Assembly: GCA_050251055.1 (NCBI GenBank) | Contig: JBFWNL010000011.1 | Location: 1 to 64,000, forward strand | Origin: Bacteriovoracia bacterium | Lineage (GTDB): Bacteria; Bdellovibrionota; UBA1018; JBFWNL01 | Direction: 5' to 3' | Length of the DNA: 64,000 bases | Part shown: piece after piece, positions 20,597 through 29,543 of the stretch | Position numbering within the stretch: position 1 is the first letter of the stretch | Layout: every line of letters begins with the position of its first letter | Program-made: the position numbers and the translations under genes | Notes under the pieces: generated by a model | What the model saw: only the letters and a program-made list of their open reading frames with translations | The model's database searches: none | Told to the model about the DNA's origin: nothing

Positions 20597-23500
20597 AAAC
20601 CCTCCCGGCATAGGCGCCGGCCAACCCTGGCAGGAGAGGCGCCGATACCGCAAACTCCCGCCGACCGTCGCCGTCGAGATCACCCAGCGCCACCACGGAT
20701 GAACCAAAACGATCGCCCGCTTGCTCGCCCGTGACGATCCCGTTCGCGAAGAGCGTAGGCGTGCCCCCCGCAAGCACGCCGCGGTATAGGAACAGCCGTC
20801 CGGGGCGGTTCACCGCATACCCATCGTATTGGGGCGCCCCCACCGCGAGGTCCGAGGCTCCGTCCCGATTGAGATCACCAATCACCGCCGAAGCCGCGCC
20901 GAAAAAAGCCTGGGAATCCGCCGACGGCCGGGTTTCGTGAAAGGCGGACATTTGTCCCGCCCCGCGATAGGCGTACGCCGCGCCAAAATTATTCGCGGCC
21001 GGGTTCACGCCGGCATTCGACGTGCCGTCATACCCAGGCGCGCCCACGAGAAAACCGGGACCGGCGGTGCCCAAAAAATTCCCCAGAGCCGTGATCTTAT
21101 GCCCAAACGCCGAGGCCACGGCGAGTAACGGATGTACCCCGTACGAGTAGGTCGGAGTCACCGGCGGAGAGATGGAGAAAAGCGCTCCAAACCCTCCATC
21201 GGGAGACGCGGCTTGAGGATTTCCTGAGTAGACCTTCACCTGCGGAGGCAGGCCCGCCTCGCTGAGGTAAGCGCCACTCACCGCGAAGTCATCGAAACCG
21301 TCGGCGTTCAAGTCGCCGACCGCTTCGACATCCTGGCCAAACCACGTGTTACGGTCTCCCTCTAAGCGTCGCCACTCGCCACCCAGACCGCTCAGCCAAT
21401 AGACCGCGCCCGTTTCATCCCCCCCCGCATTCTTTGCTTCGGGGGCCGAAATCAGAAGCTCGCGCACGCCATCTCGGTTCGTGTCCACCGCCGTGACGAC
21501 AAACCCGAAGCGATCCGTGCCCGCGCCGGGTGCCCAAGCGCCGGCTACTTCCGCGTCTAGGACCGCGAACGGAACGGAGGACGACTTGGAGAACAACAGG
21601 ACCTTGCCTCGAGCGGAATCACCGGGGTGATCCGCGCCCACGGCCAAGTCGGCTCGACCATCGCCGTTCCAATCGCCAATGGAAGTGACGCTGATTCCGA
21701 AACGCGAACCGGGTTCGGGATGACGGTAGTCATAGAGCAAACATCCACTACGACCGGAGTATACATAGAGATGGCCCGCCGTTCCCGCGCCCGTGGCGTA
21801 GGGCGAGGTTACGGCGATATCAGGAAACCCATCCCCATTGAAATCTCCGGCCGAGGCGATCGTGCGCGTTTCCGCGCCGAGCATTTCCCCGCTGGCACCC
21901 TCAAAGCAACGCGAGAAGCGCAGATTGGGACCGGTCGCAATGTTGCTCGGGCAAGCGGGGGCGGCGGTCAAGCAGCCTTCTCCCGCCGATTCCCCATGGG
22001 CCGAAAGTGAAACCGTCAACTCCTGAACGGCGGCGCCATGGTAGGCGCGATAAGAAACTTCCAGATTCGCGAGCGCCGCACCGGCGCCGGTAGCCGAGTA
22101 CTCCAGATCCACCCGGCAGAACCCGCCGGGCAGAATTCCGGCCGGGCAATTGTGCCCGACTACGGAGAATCCCGCCGCTCCCGTAACGCGTACCTGATCG
22201 ACTTCGACGGTCGCCGTGTAAAACTCGGTCCCTGGATTACGAATCGTGACCGAACGCTGCCCGCGCGCACCGACGCCCACGGTGCCGAAATCCACCACGC
22301 CGCCCCCATCGGCGACGAGCGTACCGGGAGCTTGCGTAACCCCTTCCAGCCGAGTGGCGAAACGAGCGAACTCGGCGGCGCCCTGGCGCGCGATGATCGC
22401 GATGGGCGCCACGTAACTCCCCGGCGCGCTGGCGACCGCGCCGAGTTGCACCTGGCAATCCGTGCGGGTCAGGGAAATTTCCTGGCAGTCGCTGGGCACG
22501 TGACCAAAGACGAATGGAGGCACGACGCCTTCGACCTCGATCCGGGCCGGAACGTTTCCCGCGTAATAGTGAACCGCGACGAAAGCATAAGGCGCCCCTT
22601 CCCCATTCACCACGAGATTGGCAAAGCGAATGGAGTCCGGGGCCACGCTCGGCGAAAAGGCGACGATTGCTCCCAGGAACCGAATCGAGAGATCGATCGT
22701 GACCTCGGGAACATCGGTCGCCGACACCCGCCAACGACGGGAGATCGGGGCAAAAATTTGCTGGTTGAATCCGTAGTCGAGCACGAAACGGCACTTGGCC
22801 TGGGGAGCGAGCGGACCGATCGCTCCGCAGTCGGGGATTCCCCCCGCCCCACCGGATTCCACGCGGGTAAAAAAGCCGGTCGGATTGACCGCCGCGATCT
22901 GCAGGCCGGAGGCGGCTTGGCCACCGATGTTTTGAATCACGAACCCGCGCCTCCGACCCATGCTCGGCACCTGCATGGGCACGTCACCGTAGGCGTACGT
23001 GTAAGTACCTTCGCCCGACGTAACGAACCCCACGCCCGCGTAGGCAGCGTCGACGTCTTCCACGTTCTGTAAAACCAAACGGGCCGGCGATGCCGCAGCC
23101 GTCGACGTACCCGAAATAGCGAGGCTCGCGATGTCGGCGTGGTAACCCCCTCCCGGCAACGGCGGCTCAAGACGCAGTCGAGCGGCGTAGGTGCCCGGCG
23201 AATCCACGTCGAAGTTCACCCATAGGGCACAAGCCCACGCCGGCGCAATCGCGGCGCCCGCTACGCAAGGCGGATAATTCGGAACGCCCGCTTGCACTCG
23301 GAAATTCGGGGTAGATTGTTCGAAGACGACCCCCATCTCCCCGAAGCTATTCAGTTGGATCGTTTCAGAATCGCTTGTATTGAAGACATAGACCGCGGTG
23401 GTACCTTCGGCCGTGAAGTTCAAGGCGAGTGGCGAGAAAAATGCGAGGTTGAGATGGGACGCGCCCGGAAGTCCGGAGGGCTCGCCCGTGCCCCCGCCCG

Positions 23501-23720
23501 CGGACGAGCTGCCGCCCGGATTCAGCAGGACGAGCGACGCACCCGTAGTGAGCGCGATCTCCGTAGAGAGGGACATCGATCGCGAAGCGCCGGATTCCGC
23601 GCCATTTCCGCTAGCCCCTCCCACGCGCACTCCGTAGTTCGCGAAGGCCGTGTCCGTGCTGACCGCAATGAGTATGAAAAACGTGGAAATCGCCCGAGTC
23701 CGACGTGATACGTCCCGCAT
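20577..23720 (-). CDS. Secreted adhesin: Ig-like (ASH/choice-of-anchor-D-like) domains plus FG-GAP integrin-alpha-like propeller
   Basis: Signal TAFA|NY; Ig modules such as VDFGTVGVG...VTIRNPG...CRVDLEY; repeats GDFNGDGFPDIAV, GDWNGDGRADLAVGA, GDLNRDGASDLAVGAP, GDLDGDGRREFAVSAP. Confidence 0.88.
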   Translation of the reverse strand: MRDVSRRTRAISTFFILIAVSTDTAFANYGVRVGGASGNGAESGASRSMSLSTEIALTTGASLVLLNPGGSSSAGGGTGEPSGLPGASHLNLAFFSPLALNFTAEGTTAVYVFNTSDSETIQLNSFGEMGVVFEQSTPNFRVQAGVPNYPPCVAGAAIAPAWACALWVNFDVDSPGTYAARLRLEPPLPGGGYHADIASLAISGTSTAAASPARLVLQNVEDVDAAYAGVGFVTSGEGTYTYAYGDVPMQVPSMGRRRGFVIQNIGGQAASGLQIAAVNPTGFFTRVESGGAGGIPDCGAIGPLAPQAKCRFVLDYGFNQQIFAPISRRWRVSATDVPEVTIDLSIRFLGAIVAFSPSVAPDSIRFANLVVNGEGAPYAFVAVHYYAGNVPARIEVEGVVPPFVFGHVPSDCQEISLTRTDCQVQLGAVASAPGSYVAPIAIIARQGAAEFARFATRLEGVTQAPGTLVADGGGVVDFGTVGVGARGQRSVTIRNPGTEFYTATVEVDQVRVTGAAGFSVVGHNCPAGILPGGFCRVDLEYSATGAGAALANLEVSYRAYHGAAVQELTVSLSAHGESAGEGCLTAAPACPSNIATGPNLRFSRCFEGASGEMLGAETRTIASAGDFNGDGFPDIAVTSPYATGAGTAGHLYVYSGRSGCLLYDYRHPEPGSRFGISVTSIGDWNGDGRADLAVGADHPGDSARGKVLLFSKSSSVPFAVLDAEVAGAWAPGAGTDRFGFVVTAVDTNRDGVRELLISAPEAKNAGGDETGAVYWLSGLGGEWRRLEGDRNTWFGQDVEAVGDLNADGFDDFAVSGAYLSEAGLPPQVKVYSGNPQAASPDGGFGALFSISPPVTPTYSYGVHPLLAVASAFGHKITALGNFLGTAGPGFLVGAPGYDGTSNAGVNPAANNFGAAYAYRGAGQMSAFHETRPSADSQAFFGAASAVIGDLNRDGASDLAVGAPQYDGYAVNRPGRLFLYRGVLAGGTPTLFANGIVTGEQAGDRFGSSVVALGDLDGDGRREFAVSAPLLPGLAGAYAGRVYVFSEP

Positions 23721-23780
23721 AAGTCCCCCCTCAAAAGTCCACCCACGGGGCTAACCCCGGCGAGGCGAGGAAACTGACGT

Positions 23781-24959
23781 TTAAAATTCGAAACCTGCGG
23801 AAAGCTCGAAAGATCGGATCGTTATATGCGCTAAGGTTCCCGTCAGGCTTAAGGACGCGTAGCGGGCACGGGCGACCCATGAACCGCCAAAACCATAGGC
23901 GGCGACCAGCGCCCATTCAGCATCGCCCAGGCCGGAGATCCCGAAGCCCCCCGAGGATACCAACGCATAGCGAAGCGACGCCTCCCAACGATCGCGGGGC
24001 AGCTCGCGAGTAAAGTAAGACACCTTTGCGTACGGACCGCTAACATCCTGAAACCCAAAGCCGGACGCTCCCGGCATGGTGTAGTAGTGGAGCCCTCCTT
24101 CGAGAATCCAATGCGCCCCGTGTGCATTGCCGGCCCGGTAGGCGCCGCCCAAGGCAGCGCCAAACGTCTTCACGGAACGAAACGGGCTTGAGATCGCAAA
24201 CGGGACGAGCGTGCCCCGCAGCTCGAGATTCAAGCGCCATCGCTCCCACGTGCGCACTCGAAGTTCGCCCCAGATTCCCAAAGCCATTTCGGTCAGCCCC
24301 CCCGCAGCCGTGTCCCCATAGCTGATCTGAGCCACGCCGACCCCCGCCGCACCGTTTAGAACTGCCGGTTCCTTAGGTTTTGGGGGTGTTTTCGCCGACT
24401 CCGTTGGCGTCGACGTCGGCGTCGGCCGGGGAGACGGAGTACTGGGGGAAGACGGCGTCAGAGTCGGGGTCGGAGTCGGCGAAGGCTTCGGGATCACCCG
24501 AATCGTCGGCTGAGGTTTCGGCGCGGGAGGCGCCGAAACCTGGGTCGAGGAAGGAACGGCGGACTCCTCGGCGCTCGTCGCCGGAGGGGAAGGAGGCATT
24601 TGCACCGGCTCGATCCAAAGTGAATACTTCTGGGTTTCTCCCGTCTTGCTTACCTGCACAAAATGCACGGCGACTTTTTCCTCCCCCACGGGGACGAGCA
24701 CTTCGAGAGAAAGCTCGACGTCGTTGCTCGGCTCCAAGACCTTCAGCATCTTGTAAGGGTCTTCGTTGATTCGCATGAGTAGGTCTCGGCCGAGAGGGCG
24801 GTAAGTTCCCCGAAGACTCACCCGTCCGCTGACAATAGCGGCCCCGGAAAGTTCCAAGCGCAGCTGATCAATGCGTTCCGCGCTTTCCGTGATTTGGGGC
24901 GCGGCCACCGGGGCGGCCAGGACCGAGGCGAGGCTAAGGGTTAAAAAAAAACCTACCAT
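23781..24959 (-). CDS. Secreted protein with Pro/Thr/Ser linker and probable C-terminal outer-membrane beta-barrel
   Basis: Signal peptide; PTPTPT linker; alternating beta-strands ending ELSAGFEF; TTGTGA-N17-TAAACT-N7-ATG promoter. Confidence 0.7.
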   Translation of the reverse strand: MVGFFLTLSLASVLAAPVAAPQITESAERIDQLRLELSGAAIVSGRVSLRGTYRPLGRDLLMRINEDPYKMLKVLEPSNDVELSLEVLVPVGEEKVAVHFVQVSKTGETQKYSLWIEPVQMPPSPPATSAEESAVPSSTQVSAPPAPKPQPTIRVIPKPSPTPTPTLTPSSPSTPSPRPTPTSTPTESAKTPPKPKEPAVLNGAAGVGVAQISYGDTAAGGLTEMALGIWGELRVRTWERWRLNLELRGTLVPFAISSPFRSVKTFGAALGGAYRAGNAHGAHWILEGGLHYYTMPGASGFGFQDVSGPYAKVSYFTRELPRDRWEASLRYALVSSGGFGISGLGDAEWALVAAYGFGGSWVARARYASLSLTGTLAHITIRSFELSAGFEF

Positions 24960-25011
24960 CCGCGTCAGTTTAGCGAGCGGCGTGGGTTATCACAAATAGA
25001 AACGAACAATC

Positions 25012-25083
25012 GGCGGGCTGCCGATCTGGCCCCTGAAGCCTAGCTAAAGCCCCAGCTTCATCTTTGGTCGGCAGCCCGTTTTT
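25012..25083. other. Long interrupted stem-loop (terminator or structured RNA)
   Basis: CGGGCTGCCGA (25014..25024)/TCGGCAGCCCG (25068..25078) with inner TGAAGC/GCTTCA. Confidence 0.55.
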
Positions 25084-25190
25084 CCATTTTTCTCACCAAA
25101 ATTCCCGTGTCTATGGGACGGCGCTCGATCGACGCTGGCGCGACCAGGAAGGTCCCGCGAATACGCCTAGATATGCTCAAATACGGGAAA

Positions 25191-25559
25191 TCAGCCGCTG
25201 CGATAGCGGGCACGGAGAACTTCGCGCTCAGCCTCGGTAAGCGCGAGCCACTTCTGGACCTTCACCTGCATCTTATCTTTCTCGGGTTGCGGCAGGGCCG
25301 CGAACTTCTTCTGGCGAGCTTTGAGCACGGCTTTCTCCTCGGTGGGTAAGCGCGCCCAGCGCGTATAGTTCACCTTAGCCGCCTGCTGCACTTCCGGCTC
25401 AAGCTGCTTGAATTCATGAAATGCCTGAATGACGATCTCTTGTTTGGCCGGTTCCAGCTGCTCGAAACGAACCTTGCCCGCTAAACGATCGAGCACCTCG
25501 GGACTGGGCTCCACCCACTCCACCGGGCTCGGATTCTTCTTTATCTCTTGATTAGCCAT
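25191..25559 (-). CDS. DUF3106-like helical repeat protein
   Basis: Repeats FEQLEPAKQ, FKQLEPEVQ, WARLPTEEK, FAALPQPEK, WLALTEAER; TAATG overlap with upstream gene. Confidence 0.75.
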   Translation of the reverse strand: MANQEIKKNPSPVEWVEPSPEVLDRLAGKVRFEQLEPAKQEIVIQAFHEFKQLEPEVQQAAKVNYTRWARLPTEEKAVLKARQKKFAALPQPEKDKMQVKVQKWLALTEAEREVLRARYRSG

Positions 25560-25969
25560 TAGGACACCTCCCAACGCTCGATCACATCGTAATCCGCCAA
25601 AAGGTCATAGTTCGCCAGCACCGGCGCCGCGGTCAGCATCTCGGGTTCAAACGTGGGAAGCTCTGGATCCGCGAGGATGCGCGCGCGCTCGGTTGGGGTG
25701 ACTTGCGCGGTTTCGCCCCCATTTCCAGGTGTCGACGGGCGCAACCGGAACCAATAGAAAGACACGGCGGCCAGCGCCGCGGTCAAGCCGGCGAGCTGCG
25801 GGAAAAAAGCGCGGCGAGACATCGGGGTATGATCGGCTCCATCCCCCTTGAGCCAAGCCCAAAGCGAGAACGGGCGATTTTTCTCCACCTCTCCGCGCAG
25901 GGCGTGGAAGATCTTGTCTTCCAGGTCCGGGCGACGCTCGCCTTCGAATATTTGCTTCCACTTGCTCAT
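25559..25969 (-). CDS. Putative single-TM anti-sigma factor
   Basis: ATGA-coupled to ECF sigma; one TM; C-terminal YDLLADYDVIE. Confidence 0.65.
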   Translation of the reverse strand: MSKWKQIFEGERRPDLEDKIFHALRGEVEKNRPFSLWAWLKGDGADHTPMSRRAFFPQLAGLTAALAAVSFYWFRLRPSTPGNGGETAQVTPTERARILADPELPTFEPEMLTAAPVLANYDLLADYDVIERWEVS

Positions 25970-26586
25970 GTTTTCCCCAACGTCCTTACTTTCCCCGAAA
26001 GCTTCCCTAAACTCTTCGCTAAACTTTTTTTGGCCCGATAGATCAGCGCATGAAACGCCTCCACCGTGACCCCCAGTTCCTTCGCCATCGCTGGCGTATC
26101 CCCTGATTCTTCCATCCAAAGAATCAGGGCCAATCGCTGCTGCTCGGGAAGCTCCTGCACCGCCGCGCGGACGCGCGCGACGTCTTCCTCCCGCTCCAAC
26201 CGATCGTGCACGGACGCCTGGCGTTCGTCGATGAAGTCCATCTCGGACGTGGCGCCGTCCTCGTCCGTCACCGCGGTCGAGACTTCCTTGCGCCGAGTCC
26301 GGTCACGGACCTCGTTGTACACCGTGCGCTTGGCGATCGTCAGTAGCCAGGCGCGAAACTGGCTCTGCGGCTCATACTTGTTTGCGGACCGAACGACCTT
26401 CATCCAAACGTTCTGCGTAATGTCCTCGGCGCGTCCTTCGTTTCCGGCGACCATCACCTTCACGTAGTGAAACACGTGGGTGTTGTGCCGGCGCAGGACC
26501 TCACGAAAAGCATCCGATACTCCATTTGCGATCAAGACCATCAGCTCGTCATCCGTATGACTCGCCAGTGGAGAGGTGGGTTTCAC
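25966..26586 (-). CDS. ECF RNA polymerase sigma factor
   Basis: Region 2 AEDITQNVWMKV...FRAWLLTIAKR; region 4 LPEQQRLALIL...LIYRAKKSL. Confidence 0.92.
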   Translation of the reverse strand: MKPTSPLASHTDDELMVLIANGVSDAFREVLRRHNTHVFHYVKVMVAGNEGRAEDITQNVWMKVVRSANKYEPQSQFRAWLLTIAKRTVYNEVRDRTRRKEVSTAVTDEDGATSEMDFIDERQASVHDRLEREEDVARVRAAVQELPEQQRLALILWMEESGDTPAMAKELGVTVEAFHALIYRAKKSLAKSLGKLSGKVRTLGKT

Positions 26587-26747
26587 ACCCCCATTCTAGA
26601 ACCTCCCCACGCGAATAGAACACCGGATTCTGCGCGAACTGACGCCGATTGTTCATTTTTTTTTAGAATCGGATCAGCAGGTGGGTCGCGACGGACACAG
26701 GTGCAAACAAAGAACCGCGCATTTTAGTCGGTTTTTATGCTATTATT

Positions 26748-28109
26748 TTGAAATATCGCAGGGGGTCTTTTTTGTACGTCTTTCGGGACTTCGCGCTCCA
26801 ATTCATTTGTCTGCTGATTGCGGGCGTCACCGCGACTGGATGCGTGCGCGGCCGCATTCTCTCCGATTCGCTCGTGCCCAGCGTCGGCGTGGGAGGAGCC
26901 ACGGCCATCGCCGGGGTCATGCAGGGCGATTCACTCACACTACGAGCGGAGGATCACGTCCGCGGTTTTTCGGGCAGCCTCACTTATTCTTGGCGTCAGG
27001 TGAGTGGCCCGGCGGTTTTATTGCCCGCGAGCCCAGAAGACTCCGGGACCGAATCGGCGCACCTCACCTTCACCGCACCCGACCAGGGTGCCACCCAGCT
27101 ACAGTTCGAGCTGACCGTCACCGCGCTGAATCCCGGTGGCCAAGCCGTTTCGAAAAAGATCAACGTGCCGGTGGATGTGTATCCGGAGCCGACGCTGGCG
27201 CGTGGACCTTTCGAAGGCTTGAAGCTCCCCCGCGTCGATCGCCTGGCCGACATCAGCTGGGGCGATGGCGATCTGGAACTGCCGGCAAGCTCACCTCAAC
27301 AACCGCTTTCTTTTAACACCATCACGCTGAGCAGCGCCACGCTTGCTGCCGCGAGCGCAGGCTACCGCGGTTTCATTCGCTGTAACCACTTGAAAATCGC
27401 TTCCGGCTCGAACGTCCTGCGAGTTTCCGGTGAAGATGCGGCGGTCGACGGCGGGCACGGCGGCAACGGCGCCTGCGGCGGCGGTGCGGGCGGCGATATC
27501 TTCTTGGAGATGATGGGCGGCGGAAACTTCGGCGGGTGCAAATTCGGCATCGTGCACGCGCACGGGCGGGCGAATGCCGCTGGCCGAAACGGCGTGGCCG
27601 GCGTGGGCACGTTCGATCGTGTCTACACCTCGGCTTATCCAGCGCGATTCATCGCCGCCATCCAGCGCGATTTCAACGGCGCCCCGTATGGCGGCGTCGG
27701 CGGTACGGGCCAGCTGGGCATCGGCGAAACTTCGGCCACCGGCGGTGGTTTCGCGATTGGTGCGGGCGGCGGCGGAGGAGGAAGCGCGACCAACGCCACG
27801 GGCAGCGTAGGCGGCGGTGGCGGTGGCGGTGGTGGATTCTTAGCGCTCGCCTGTAATCACATTAGCGCAGCCGATGGAGCGAATCTGACCTTTGAATCCA
27901 AAGGCGGCGCCGCCTCGGTCTCCCATACCGTGGGCGGCGGCGGCGGCGCGGGCGGTGTCGTTTGGATTTACGCCGGAGAATCCGACGGAAAAGTCGCGGC
28001 CGATGTCACCGGAGGCGCCGGTGCGGGCTTGGGCACCGCCGGCTCCGAAGGCCAAGCGCGCATCTTTGATCAAAACGGGGCGATTCGCTCGTTCGCGGAA
28101 ACCTGGTAA
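26748..28109 (+). CDS. Lipoprotein with PKD-like domain and glycine-rich C-terminal domain
   Basis: TATGC lipobox; TYSWRQVSGP...LTFTAP...FELTVT; runs such as GGGGGGGG and GGGGGAGGVVWI; start codon uncertain. Confidence 0.72.
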   Translation: MKYRRGSFLYVFRDFALQFICLLIAGVTATGCVRGRILSDSLVPSVGVGGATAIAGVMQGDSLTLRAEDHVRGFSGSLTYSWRQVSGPAVLLPASPEDSGTESAHLTFTAPDQGATQLQFELTVTALNPGGQAVSKKINVPVDVYPEPTLARGPFEGLKLPRVDRLADISWGDGDLELPASSPQQPLSFNTITLSSATLAAASAGYRGFIRCNHLKIASGSNVLRVSGEDAAVDGGHGGNGACGGGAGGDIFLEMMGGGNFGGCKFGIVHAHGRANAAGRNGVAGVGTFDRVYTSAYPARFIAAIQRDFNGAPYGGVGGTGQLGIGETSATGGGFAIGAGGGGGGSATNATGSVGGGGGGGGGFLALACNHISAADGANLTFESKGGAASVSHTVGGGGGAGGVVWIYAGESDGKVAADVTGGAGAGLGTAGSEGQARIFDQNGAIRSFAETW

Positions 28110-28316
28110 TCCCCCAACAAAATCCGAATCTCCCACCTTCTTTCGAGAAAGCCTTCACCAGGGTCCACCAAGACACAATTTGACCAAATATTGACGCAGT
28201 GCAATACTACAAGTCTATCGGTATCGGGGATTTGTTTTTTTAGGGGCCATTCGCAATTACAAATTGGTTTTCCGCGGTCGTTCAAGCGACGGGCTCGATC
28301 TTCTTCAGGGGGCAAG

Positions 28317-29495
28317 ATGGGGTTACGGGGCAATCAGGGGATGTCTCTGCTCGAGGTCATGATCGCCATGCTGGGCATGGGAGTGCTCTCGCTTAGCATG
28401 ATGACGATGTATCAGAATTCGGCCAATCAGCAGGCACAGCTCAGCAGCTTACAGGACAAACAAACCCTGCGATTGCTGCTGACCCAGATCGTGGGCAACC
28501 GCGACAGCTGCAACGCCCTCTTTTCCGCGCGTCCTTCGGCGCGACCCCCCACCCAAACGACCGCACCGGCTTCGAGCGGTAGCACCGCCGGAACGATACC
28601 GGTGAACCAAGCCCAGCCATTTCCTTCAGCTTCGGCAGATTCGACTACCACCACAGAAAATCCCGGTCCCGCCGACGTGGCGGGGCCGGGTCTACCCTCG
28701 TCGGGGACCGCATTTCCGGGCACCCAGGCGACGGCGGAGCCGCTGCCGGCTGGCCACGCAAGCGTGGAGATGGTGGATCTCCCGGTCGCATTGAACGTGC
28801 CGGGCGTGATCAATCTTTCCGTAGGCCAGGTCAGCGGTGGCCTGCAAATCAACGGCGTGCAGTTGCAGAACCTGCATCCGATCGCCGCTGGATCCAGCGT
28901 ACACCAAGGCATACTCAGCGTGAACGTAGCGCCCATTCACGGTCGGGGAGCGGTCGGCACCGTCGGCGGCCCCGTGGAAGTTCCGGTGATGGTCAACATC
29001 AACGAGCAAGGGCAGGTCACGGGATGCCAACCTCCCGGCACGACGCCCGATCGCATCGTCGTGCTCAACAGCAACGACACCACCCAATGGCAATGCGCGA
29101 ATCAAATTGATATTCGCGAACAATGCTCTGGTGAGTTCGGGTGTACGGTGCGTTTTTACATGTTTAACAAGCTCAACGCGCAGGACCAGGTGAAGAACAT
29201 TACGGAGTATTGGTATTTCGAGCAGCCGAATTTCTCGCGCAATCGGCATCCTTCCATCCGCATGCACGTGGCGTGGCCGGTGGATACCGATGTCAACATG
29301 GGAAATCCCGCTTGGCGCTACTCCATCACAAGCCCGTGGAGCTGGGTCTACGCCCTGAACTACAGCCACGCCTATTGCCATGGGCAGAACAACCGACATA
29401 GCCCGGCGTACACCAACCCTTACGCGGTTTCATTCATCTCGCATCCAAACGTCGCGATGAAAGTACTCATCCAAAAAAACGAGGCCCATATTTAG
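28317..29495 (+). CDS. Prepilin-type protein with Pro/Thr linker and aromatic-rich C-terminal domain
   Basis: NQG|MSLLEVMIAMLGMGVL class III signal with Glu5; start reassigned to ATG 28317. Confidence 0.8.
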   Translation: MGLRGNQGMSLLEVMIAMLGMGVLSLSMMTMYQNSANQQAQLSSLQDKQTLRLLLTQIVGNRDSCNALFSARPSARPPTQTTAPASSGSTAGTIPVNQAQPFPSASADSTTTTENPGPADVAGPGLPSSGTAFPGTQATAEPLPAGHASVEMVDLPVALNVPGVINLSVGQVSGGLQINGVQLQNLHPIAAGSSVHQGILSVNVAPIHGRGAVGTVGGPVEVPVMVNINEQGQVTGCQPPGTTPDRIVVLNSNDTTQWQCANQIDIREQCSGEFGCTVRFYMFNKLNAQDQVKNITEYWYFEQPNFSRNRHPSIRMHVAWPVDTDVNMGNPAWRYSITSPWSWVYALNYSHAYCHGQNNRHSPAYTNPYAVSFISHPNVAMKVLIQKNEAHI

Positions 29496-29543
29496 GGCTG
29501 AAATCGGTTGTCTAGGCCGGGAGAGTTGGAGACAATCCCCGGC

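Noticed and set aside
24400-24490. (PT)n/(PS)n coding repeat
   Set aside because: Ordinary linker
25107-25165. SRP RNA-like CAGGAAGG segment
   Set aside because: Lacks the CAGG...GRAA...AGCAGC helix-8 arrangement
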